Positions 8,489 to 16,614 of a DNA stretch of 31,121 bases are shown here, piece after piece (the stretch's first letter is position 1; every line of letters starts with the position of its first letter). Location of the stretch: positions 1 to 31,121 of the forward strand of contig CBFIGT010000014.1 of NCBI GenBank assembly GCA_965662175.1, in the 5' to 3' direction. Under the pieces are notes generated by a model, which did no database searches, had not been told where the DNA came from, and saw nothing but the letters and a program-made list of their open reading frames with translations. The stretch is from Arcobacter sp. (lineage in GTDB: Bacteria; Campylobacterota; Campylobacteria; Campylobacterales; Arcobacteraceae). Both the position numbers and the translations under genes were made by a program.

Positions 8489-8627
8489 TAATTACTATAA
8501 ACAAATGCTTTGAGTAGTAATTTAGTTATTAAAAAGAAGAAATAAATATTAAAATCATATTTTTTAAATTTTAGAATAAAGAAAAGTCAGAATATGTTAA
8601 ACTCCCAAACAATCATTGGAGCAAATA

Positions 8628-8891
8628 ATGACAACAAAAAAAGAAATAGAGCAACTATTGGATAGTCTAAAAAAAGTAGCTTTCTACGTAGGTCATGGAA
8701 AATATAACGACCATATGAGCTTAGAAAAAGTACAAGCCATCAAAGAAACTCTAGAAAAGATATTAGAAGTTGAAATCGAATACAAAAACTCAAAAACAAA
8801 AGAAGAGATAGAAATAATCTATAAACGACTAGAAAAATTTAAAACTTTCACAATCATGGATTTTGTTGATTACGAAATAGAAAAAGTCTAA
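8628..8891 (+). CDS. Hypothetical small helical charged protein (87 aa)
   Basis: ORF track start is 8616, but GGAG at 8618-8621 before ATG 8628 favours the later start; no recognisable family. Confidence 0.6.
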   Translation: MTTKKEIEQLLDSLKKVAFYVGHGKYNDHMSLEKVQAIKETLEKILEVEIEYKNSKTKEEIEIIYKRLEKFKTFTIMDFVDYEIEKV

Positions 8892-8895
8892 ACCA

Positions 8896-9933
8896 CTACT
8901 TCAAATATCTTCTAGCAATAATAGGTGCTAAATTAAAAACCAAAACTAATCTTACTATATGATGCATGGTAATATAAGGTACATTTGCAGCTACAAGTAT
9001 AGCTATTAGATTTGATTCGGTTTGTCCACCTGGCATAAAAGCTAACATAATAGATAGAGTTGGGAAATCTAAACTAAGGTGAACAATTGCAACAAAAATA
9101 GTTGTTATAACAGCTAGTATTAAAAAATGCCCTAGTGTGCCAAGCAAAGTCTTGATTATCTCTTGAAATTTTACACCTTTGAAAGTAAATCCAATACTAG
9201 TACCAATAACAACTTGAACAAACTTTAGTAACTCATCAGGTGGTTTAGACTCAATTATACCAAGGGCAAAGGCTAACATACTTATAAACATAGGACCTAT
9301 TAAATATGCTGCTGGAAGATTAATCTTTTTGCCCAAAATAGCACCTATTATTCCAATAGAAATCAATAATAAAATATCGCTAAAACTTAGAGTATTAAGT
9401 GGTTCTGTAATTAGTCTGTTTCCACTTATATCTATTTGAAAAAGATATTGGATTATAAAAGGTAGTGTTAAAACTATAAAAAATAGCCTACTAGCTTGAA
9501 CTAAAGTAATTTTTGCTACATTTGCTTTTAGCTCTTCACCCAATAATACCATCTCAATAACACCACCAGGCATGGCAGCTAAATAAGCAGTTTTTTTATC
9601 AAAACCTTGAAACTTCCAATAATATAATATCCCTAATAAAGCAGTAATAATCACATAAGGAATCACAAAAAGTAGTGAGATAAAATAGTGCTCAAACTGC
9701 TCTAAAATAGCTGGAGTAAAAGCACTTCCAATAGTAACACCAACTATAACTCTAACAGGAGTTGAAAAGTAGTGATTTGGTTTTTTTATTGGAAGATTTT
9801 CAAATCTAATAAGTATAGAACTTATAAAAATAGAGCCTAAAAGCCAAGGAAGTGGCAGGTTTAAATATATAAAAATTATTGCACCAAATGAAGAAATAAG
9901 AATAGCAAGTAACATTTTATAAAGATTATTCAA
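8896..9933 (-). CDS. AbrB-family (AidB regulator / putative ammonia monooxygenase-like) integral membrane protein
   Basis: Duplicated halves LPLPWLLGS / LPAAYLIGP and AMPGG / FMPGG, about 10 TM segments; likely TTG start at 9933 after AGGAG (9942-9938). Confidence 0.85.
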   Translation of the reverse strand: MNNLYKMLLAILISSFGAIIFIYLNLPLPWLLGSIFISSILIRFENLPIKKPNHYFSTPVRVIVGVTIGSAFTPAILEQFEHYFISLLFVIPYVIITALLGILYYWKFQGFDKKTAYLAAMPGGVIEMVLLGEELKANVAKITLVQASRLFFIVLTLPFIIQYLFQIDISGNRLITEPLNTLSFSDILLLISIGIIGAILGKKINLPAAYLIGPMFISMLAFALGIIESKPPDELLKFVQVVIGTSIGFTFKGVKFQEIIKTLLGTLGHFLILAVITTIFVAIVHLSLDFPTLSIMLAFMPGGQTESNLIAILVAANVPYITMHHIVRLVLVFNLAPIIARRYLK

Positions 9934-10058
9934 ATTTCTCCTAGTTAAAGTTTTTTCGAAGTATACAATATAATATTTTAATACAACTAGCAAGTTTAGT
10001 TAAAAGCTCTAAACTTTTTATTGATATAATCATAAATTATTAACAAAGGAATTTTAGT

Positions 10059-11270
10059 ATGGAATTAAATAAAAAACCCTATTTAGAGACAATGCCAGAT
10101 GAAAATGGTTACTTTGGAAAATTTGGAGGTTCCTTTATTCCTCCCCAACTTGAAAAGCCATTTGAAGAGATTAATGAAGCTTATAAAAAACTATCTAACT
10201 CCCATGAGTTTTTATATGAATTAAATAAAATTAGAAAATATTATCAAGGAAGACCTACTCCTGTTTATTATTGCAAAAACCTTAGTAATTATGCTGGTGC
10301 TGAAATCTACATGAAAAGAGAAGATTTAAATCACACAGGTGCACATAAATTAAATCACTGTATGGCTGAGGCTTTACTAGCAAAATATTTAGGTAAGAAA
10401 AAGCTTATAGCTGAAACAGGAGCTGGGCAACATGGTGTTGCACTTGCAACTGCAGCTGCTTATTTTGGATTAGAGTGTGAAATTCATATGGGTGAAGTTG
10501 ATATTGCAAAAGAGCATCCAAATGTTGTAAGAATGAAAATATTAGGTGCTACAGTTATTCCAGCAACACATGGATTAAAGACTTTAAAAGAGGCAGTTGA
10601 TAGTGCTTTTGAGAGTTATTTAAAAGACCCTATAAATACTATTTATTGTATTGGTTCTGTTGTTGGTCCTCACCCTTTTCCAAAAATGGTTAGAGACTTC
10701 CAGTCTGTTATGGGCTTTGAAGCTAGAGAACAGTTTTTAGAGATGACAGGGAAACTTCCTCAAAATGTAACTGCTTGTGTAGGTGGTGGAAGTAATGCTA
10801 TGGGAATTTTTTCTGGATTTATTGATGATGAAGTTAATTTATATGGAGTTGAGCCACTAGGAAGAGGTGAAAAGCTAGGAGATCACTCTGCTTCTATTTC
10901 TTATGGTGAAGAGGGAATTATGCATGGATTTAACTCTATTATGTTAAAAGATGAAAAAGGTCAGCCTGCTCCTGTTTATAGTATTGGAAGTGGAATTGAT
11001 TATCCATCTGTTGGTCCTGAACATGCTTATTTGCACTCTATTGGAAGAACAAAAATTGGTTTAGTAAATGATATTGAAGCTGTTGATGCTTTTTATAAAT
11101 TATCACAACTTGAGGGAATTATTCCAGCACTTGAATCAGCTCATGCAGTAGCTTTTGCAATAAAATTAGCAAAAGAAAAACCAAATGAGACTATTTTAGT
11201 AAACCTAAGTGGTAGAGGAGATAAGGATATTGATTTCGTAATTGAAAACTATCCTATTCCTCAAAAGTAG
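10059..11270 (+). CDS. trpB: Tryptophan synthase beta chain (stand-alone)
   Basis: [20 protein letters not shown] (PLP lysine), [55 protein letters not shown]. Confidence 0.95.
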   Translation: MELNKKPYLETMPDENGYFGKFGGSFIPPQLEKPFEEINEAYKKLSNSHEFLYELNKIRKYYQGRPTPVYYCKNLSNYAGAEIYMKREDLNHTGAHKLNHCMAEALLAKYLGKKKLIAETGAGQHGVALATAAAYFGLECEIHMGEVDIAKEHPNVVRMKILGATVIPATHGLKTLKEAVDSAFESYLKDPINTIYCIGSVVGPHPFPKMVRDFQSVMGFEAREQFLEMTGKLPQNVTACVGGGSNAMGIFSGFIDDEVNLYGVEPLGRGEKLGDHSASISYGEEGIMHGFNSIMLKDEKGQPAPVYSIGSGIDYPSVGPEHAYLHSIGRTKIGLVNDIEAVDAFYKLSQLEGIIPALESAHAVAFAIKLAKEKPNETILVNLSGRGDKDIDFVIENYPIPQK

Positions 11271-11296
11271 TAAAAGTGAGATTTATCTCACTTTTA
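11271..11296. terminator. Bidirectional intrinsic terminator between trpB and cytochrome c gene
   Basis: TAAAAGTGAGAT-TT-ATCTCACTTTTA perfect inverted repeat followed by a T-run, between convergent stops. Confidence 0.75.
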
Positions 11297-11310
11297 TTTT
11301 TAACTTATTT

Positions 11311-11793
11311 TTAAAATTTTGACTCATCGTGATAAAATTCATTTATATCATTAAAACCCTCTAGAAAATATAAGAAAAAAGCTACCTCCTCTATCTCTTC
11401 AGGAGTTATTTGACCTTTCATGCTAGGCATTGTATCAAAGTGACGAATTACACCCTCTAAACAGATTGTTTTTGCTTTATCAGGATAATATAGATAATCT
11501 TTTACAAAATCAGCTGTTTCCATTAGATGAAACTCCATATCGTTTCTATCTCCTATTTGCTGTTTTAATCTAAAAGAGATCTCATTTCCTGTTGGAGCTT
11601 TTAAGTTTAAAAGTTTATTATCCTCTTCAATGAAGTTTTTCATTAAAAGTGGAATATCCATTGATTTAACGTGGCACGAGTTACATTTGTTATCAAATAT
11701 CTTTTCTCCACTATCATATATCTCCCTATCAAATAATGGAGGAACCGCATATACATTAATAAGTAGTAGAAAAGGTAAAAATAAAAATCTCAT
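11311..11793 (-). CDS. Monoheme c-type cytochrome (periplasmic)
   Basis: Signal peptide, GEKIFDNKCNSCH heme motif, distal MPSM. Confidence 0.85.
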   Translation of the reverse strand: MRFLFLPFLLLINVYAVPPLFDREIYDSGEKIFDNKCNSCHVKSMDIPLLMKNFIEEDNKLLNLKAPTGNEISFRLKQQIGDRNDMEFHLMETADFVKDYLYYPDKAKTICLEGVIRHFDTMPSMKGQITPEEIEEVAFFLYFLEGFNDINEFYHDESKF

Positions 11794-11851
11794 AATAACT
11801 CCTTGTTTTTAGTTTCCTAAATTATAGAACTTTAAAAATAAATTTTTCTTG

Positions 11852-11883
11852 TATTCTTAATAAAAATATTTTTATTAAGAATA
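11852..11883. repeat. Perfect 32-bp palindrome in divergent promoter region
   Basis: TATTCTTAATAAAAAT|ATTTTTATTAAGAATA with no spacer. Confidence 0.85.
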
Positions 11884-11943
11884 ATTTAACTGTTGATAAA
11901 TAAAATAATTTAGGATATAATATTTTCTTTTGAAAGAGAGAGA

Positions 11944-12663
11944 ATGAGTATTTATAAACAAATTATATATTTATCACTATTACTTGTCGTTGTTATGGGC
12001 TTTTGTACTTTTACTCATATTAATGATTTCCCTGAATTAGAAGATAAAAAAGTTGAAATTATAGTTGAAACAAAAGATGAAAGTGTAGAAAAAAATAATA
12101 AGATAACACAAATATCTGTTCCTGAAGAGAATTTAGAAGAGAAAACTTTAGAAAAAGAGGAATTAGATATTAAAGAACTCTCTACAAAAGAGAGCATAAA
12201 AGAAGAGATTGTAGAAGAGAGTAAAGTAAAAGAAAAAGAGCCTGTTGATGACAAAAAAGTTGAAGAAGTAGAAGAAAAAGAGCCTGTAGTTGAGAGTAAA
12301 GATGCTCAAAAAGAGTTAGACTTAATTGTATCAAAACAGAAAATTTATTTTAAAAGATTAGGTACTGATGTAACAGAAAAGAGTTTTGTTGTTATTAAAG
12401 AGATATCTGAATATTTAAAACAAAATGAGAATATTAAAATTGAGATTGGTGGACACACTGATGCAAAAGGTAAAGATGACGTAAATGAATGGGTCTCTTT
12501 ACAAAGAGCGTTAAGTGTAAAAAAAGAGTTAATTAACTTAGGAATTGACAAAAAAAGAATTAAAGCTAAAGGTTATGGAGAGACAAAACCCTTAGTTCCA
12601 AATGACAAAAATGGCTACTCAAGTGAGAATAGAAGAGTAGAATTTAAAATAATAGAGGAGTAA
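11944..12663 (+). CDS. OmpA/MotB-like peptidoglycan-binding domain protein with N-terminal membrane anchor and acidic linker
   Basis: IEIGGHTD, LSxxRA-like VSLQRA, GYGETKP, NRRVEF; E/K-rich linker. Confidence 0.9.
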   Translation: MSIYKQIIYLSLLLVVVMGFCTFTHINDFPELEDKKVEIIVETKDESVEKNNKITQISVPEENLEEKTLEKEELDIKELSTKESIKEEIVEESKVKEKEPVDDKKVEEVEEKEPVVESKDAQKELDLIVSKQKIYFKRLGTDVTEKSFVVIKEISEYLKQNENIKIEIGGHTDAKGKDDVNEWVSLQRALSVKKELINLGIDKKRIKAKGYGETKPLVPNDKNGYSSENRRVEFKIIEE

Positions 12664-12664
12664 T

Positions 12665-13054
12665 ATGTTAATAATAGCTTCAAAAATAGTTTTGTGTTTA
12701 CTAATAGTTGCAATAATATCTGGAATATTAGGATATTTAATTGCAAAAGCTAGGTATCAAACAAAAGAAAAAAGTTACGAAATTAATCCCATTTTACGAA
12801 AACCAGGGAATATTTATAATAAACCATTTATTTTAGGGCAACCAAGACCCTCAGGAAAAGATAATCTTAAACAAATAGAGGGAATAGATGCTGACATGGA
12901 AAACAAGCTTAATACTTTAGGTATATTCCATTATGAACAAATCTCTAAATGGAGTGAAAAAAATATCGAGTGGATTTCAGAATACTTCTCTTTAGAGGAT
13001 AAAGTTAAAGAAGAAAACTGGATATCTCAAGCCAAAGAGCTTATGAAAAAGTAG
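12665..13054 (+). CDS. Membrane-anchored protein with C-terminal helix-hairpin-helix-like (DDLK.I.GIG-type) domain
   Basis: N-terminal TM; DNLKQIEGI...ENKLNTLGIFHYEQISKW...WISQAKEL, the domain seen as NuoE/L21 C-terminal extensions. Confidence 0.7.
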   Translation: MLIIASKIVLCLLIVAIISGILGYLIAKARYQTKEKSYEINPILRKPGNIYNKPFILGQPRPSGKDNLKQIEGIDADMENKLNTLGIFHYEQISKWSEKNIEWISEYFSLEDKVKEENWISQAKELMKK

Positions 13055-13057
13055 GTT

Positions 13058-13501
13058 TTATTTACCTAGTTTTTCATCTAAAAGATTTTTTACACAAAAA
13101 TCAATCATATCAAATACTTTATCAAAACCCTCAAAGCCATCAAAAAAATATGGGTCAGGGACATCTTCTCCATTAAATCCATAATCACCAAGTAAAAGTG
13201 CATTTTTATAGCCTAAGCTTTTTATGGAAGATATATTTTTTGAGTCAAGTCCAACAATAATATCGAACTCTTTAAAATCATTTTTATTAACTTGTCTAGC
13301 TTTATATGATGAGATATCTAATCCTCTTAATTTAGCTATTTTTTGAGAATCAGGACATGGAGGCTCACCTATATGCCAATCACCTGTTCCACAACTATCA
13401 ACCTCTATTTTATAACTGTTTTTAAAAGCATAATCTCTAGCAATCGCTTCAGCAAGTGGTGACCTACAAATATTACCTAAACATACAAAAAGTATTTTCA
13501 T
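13058..13501 (-). CDS. Low molecular weight protein-tyrosine phosphatase
   Basis: VCLGNICRSP P-loop and DVPDPY. Confidence 0.93.
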   Translation of the reverse strand: MKILFVCLGNICRSPLAEAIARDYAFKNSYKIEVDSCGTGDWHIGEPPCPDSQKIAKLRGLDISSYKARQVNKNDFKEFDIIVGLDSKNISSIKSLGYKNALLLGDYGFNGEDVPDPYFFDGFEGFDKVFDMIDFCVKNLLDEKLGK

Positions 13502-13505
13502 AAAA

Positions 13506-14219
13506 CTATATACCTACATCCAAATATTTTCTCATCATTTTAATCTCTTTTAAATCAATATCAGATGAAATAATTTCACTTTCATCATCCATTGTTTTAA
13601 GTCCAAAGGGAGAAATAATAGATGAGCCTTTTGCAAACTCTTCATTTGCACTACAAGAGGCTATTACAAAACATTGATTTGCCACAGCTAAAGCTTGAGT
13701 TAGGGTTTCATAGTTGTCTTTTCTAGATTTCCCCCACATTGCAGGAATAAGTATAATATCAGCACCTCTTATTTTTTGCCAATAATCAATATATCTAAGT
13801 TCAAAACAGATTAATACAGCAATTTTTAGATTATTGTAATTAAAAATTAAAATATCATCTTTATTGCCACTTGTAAAATATCTATCTTCTTGTGTTAATT
13901 TAAAGAGTTCAACTTTATTTTGAGTGTATAAAATTGCACCATCTTTAAATGTAAAAAAAGTATTGTAATATTTTCCATCTTTTTTTGTTGTCATTGTTAA
14001 AGATATTGTTCTTTGTTTTGAAAGTTCTAGAAGTTTTGTTTTTGCAATATTTGTAAAATTAGCAACCTCTTCTAATCTATCATAAGAGTATTCAGTTAAA
14101 CATAATTCAGGAGCTAATATAAATGAATTAATGGGAGTTTGTAATATAAGCTTTTCAAGATAATCTAAATTATCTTGAAAATTAGGGCCTGTTTTAGTTT
14201 GAAGGGATATTAAGTTCAT
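13506..14219 (-). CDS. Carbon-nitrogen hydrolase (nitrilase superfamily)
   Basis: Catalytic triad motifs APEL, NKVELF, ICFELRY; also PAMW and GSSIISPFG. Confidence 0.9.
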   Translation of the reverse strand: MNLISLQTKTGPNFQDNLDYLEKLILQTPINSFILAPELCLTEYSYDRLEEVANFTNIAKTKLLELSKQRTISLTMTTKKDGKYYNTFFTFKDGAILYTQNKVELFKLTQEDRYFTSGNKDDILIFNYNNLKIAVLICFELRYIDYWQKIRGADIILIPAMWGKSRKDNYETLTQALAVANQCFVIASCSANEEFAKGSSIISPFGLKTMDDESEIISSDIDLKEIKMMRKYLDVGI

Positions 14220-15594
14220 TTTTACTTTTTAAAATAAGCTCATTTAGTTTTGATTCATAAAGTTTTGCAATATCGGGGTCTGTTGATTCAAATCTAGTTA
14301 CTAATACAGGTGTTGTATTTGAAGCTCTTACTAATCCCCAACCATTTTCAAATATAACTCTAACACCATCAACATCTATTATGTTTAGAATTTTTGGGAA
14401 GTTTTCATCTACTTTTGTTAAGTTCTCTTTGATTTTATCCATTAAAGGAAATTTCTCTTCTTCAGTTGTAGTTACTTTTATCTCTTCAGTTGAGTAAACC
14501 TTTGGAAGTGACTCTATCTCTTCATCTATATTCATTCCATTATAAATTAACTCAAGAACTCTAAAAGTAGCATAAATAGCATCATCAAAACCAAAATATC
14601 TGTCATTGAAGAAAATATGTCCTGAAACCTCAGCTGCCATATCAGCATTTAACTCTTTTAATTTTACTTTTAAATTAGAGTGCCCTGTTTTATACATAAC
14701 AGCTGTACCCTTTTCATTGATTCTATCATACATAATTTGAGTACATTTAACTTCACCAATAATTACAGGATTTGTCATAGTTTTAGCAAATAATAAAGCC
14801 ATAATATCACCTTTTACATTATGTCTTTTTGTTAAAAATGCAATTCTATCAGCATCTCCATCATAAGCAAATCCATAATCATAATCACCTTTTAAGGCTT
14901 CAATTACATCTTTTAAGTTTTTTTCTTCACTTGGGTCTGGATGGTGATTTGGAAAAGTTCCATCTGGTTCACAATATAAAGCATCATAATTAAGTTCAAG
15001 TGCATCAAGAATATCTGTTAAAACAGTATCAGCAACACCATTTCCACAATCTATGATTAGTTTTTCTTTCATACCTTTTAAGTGAGAAAACTCTTTTATC
15101 ATATAGTTTTTATATAAGGTTTTAACATCAATCTCTTCATACGTAGTGTTATCTTCAATAAGCATATCTTGAGTCTCAACAATTTTTCTTCCCATTGAAT
15201 AAATATCTTCACCAAAAAATGGAGAGTTATCAATAGTAATTTTGAAACCATTATATTCGCTTGGATTATGGCTTCCTGTAATCATAACAGAGGCATTTGG
15301 TTTAACTCCATCAAACTCTTGAAAAGAGGCAAAATAGTTAACTCCAGTTGCTACCATTCCCATTCCCATAACTTTACAAGCTGCTTTATTAAAACCTGAT
15401 GTTAAGTAAGAAAATAGTTCAGGAGAGTGAGTTCTAGCATCGTATCCAACTACAACAGTAGGATTTTTTATGTTTGTTCTTTTTACTGTTTCTAATCCTA
15501 AATAGTAACCTATGAGTTTTGCACTTTGCTCATTTAACTCTGGACCTACAATACCTCTAATATCATACTCTCTGAAAATACTTTTGTTAATCAT
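14194..15594 (-). CDS. Phosphomannomutase/phosphoglucomutase (AlgC-like)
   Basis: IFREYDIRG, TGSHNP phosphoserine motif, DGDADR, AEVSGH, RASNTTP. Confidence 0.93.
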   Translation of the reverse strand: MINKSIFREYDIRGIVGPELNEQSAKLIGYYLGLETVKRTNIKNPTVVVGYDARTHSPELFSYLTSGFNKAACKVMGMGMVATGVNYFASFQEFDGVKPNASVMITGSHNPSEYNGFKITIDNSPFFGEDIYSMGRKIVETQDMLIEDNTTYEEIDVKTLYKNYMIKEFSHLKGMKEKLIIDCGNGVADTVLTDILDALELNYDALYCEPDGTFPNHHPDPSEEKNLKDVIEALKGDYDYGFAYDGDADRIAFLTKRHNVKGDIMALLFAKTMTNPVIIGEVKCTQIMYDRINEKGTAVMYKTGHSNLKVKLKELNADMAAEVSGHIFFNDRYFGFDDAIYATFRVLELIYNGMNIDEEIESLPKVYSTEEIKVTTTEEEKFPLMDKIKENLTKVDENFPKILNIIDVDGVRVIFENGWGLVRASNTTPVLVTRFESTDPDIAKLYESKLNELILKSKNELNIPSN

Positions 15595-15690
15595 AATTAA
15601 ACCTTAAAAAAAATTTTTCTGATTATATCTAAACTTTTTTATGAATAAAATTAGTTTTATTATTTTTGCAAAATTATGTTAATATACAAA

Positions 15691-16614
15691 ATGAAATTTT
15701 TATGTATATTATTGATATTTATTTTTACAAACCTCTTTTCTAAAGAGCTTATTACTCCTTTGCATGTTATTTATGATTATGATACTAAAAAAGCCCAATT
15801 GGGAAGAGTTTTATTTCATGATAAAAGATTAAGTAAGGACAATGCTATCTCTTGTGCCTCTTGTCATGATTTAGCCAATGGTGGGGATGATAATAGAAAA
15901 TTCTCCTTAGGAGTTGGTGGAGAAATAGGTAGTATAAACTCCCCTACAGTTTTAAATTCAAGATTCAACTTTGTGCAGTTTTGGGATGGAAGAGCAAAAG
16001 ATTTAAAAGAGCAAGTTTTAGGACCTATTCATAATTTAGTTGAGATGAATACAAATTTCAATGATATTGTAAATAAATTAAAGCAAGATATATTTTATGT
16101 TGAAAGTTTTAAAGAAAACTATGGAAAATTGGATGAAGATAGTATTATTGATGCCATTGTGGAGTTTGAAAAAGCTTTAGTAACACCTAACTCAAAATTT
16201 GATAAATATTTATTAGGTAATGAAGATATTTTAAGTAGTGATGAAAAAGAGGGTTTTACTCTATTTAAAGATTTGGGATGTATCTCTTGTCACAATGGAG
16301 TTAATATAGGTGGAAATTTGTTTCAAAAAATGGGAATAGTAAAAGAGTATAAAACATCTAACAATAATTTGGGTAGATATAATGTCACAAAAGAGATATC
16401 AGATAAATACTATTTTAAAGTACCAAGTTTAAGAAATATAGAGCATACGGCACCTTATTTGCATGATGGAAGTGAATATAGCTTAAAAAATGTTATTAGG
16501 ATAATGCTTGATTATCAAGTTGGATTTGATATATCAAATGATGAAATAAAAAAAATAGAACTTTTTTTAAAAACACTATCTGGAGAAACTCCAGCAATAA
16601 TGAATGATAAATGA
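15691..16614 (+). CDS. Di-heme cytochrome c peroxidase (bCCP/MauG family)
   Basis: Signal peptide from ATG 15691 (alternative start 15676), CASCH and CISCH heme sites, QFWDGRA, FKVPSLRNI, APYLHDGS. Confidence 0.9.
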   Translation: MKFLCILLIFIFTNLFSKELITPLHVIYDYDTKKAQLGRVLFHDKRLSKDNAISCASCHDLANGGDDNRKFSLGVGGEIGSINSPTVLNSRFNFVQFWDGRAKDLKEQVLGPIHNLVEMNTNFNDIVNKLKQDIFYVESFKENYGKLDEDSIIDAIVEFEKALVTPNSKFDKYLLGNEDILSSDEKEGFTLFKDLGCISCHNGVNIGGNLFQKMGIVKEYKTSNNNLGRYNVTKEISDKYYFKVPSLRNIEHTAPYLHDGSEYSLKNVIRIMLDYQVGFDISNDEIKKIELFLKTLSGETPAIMNDK

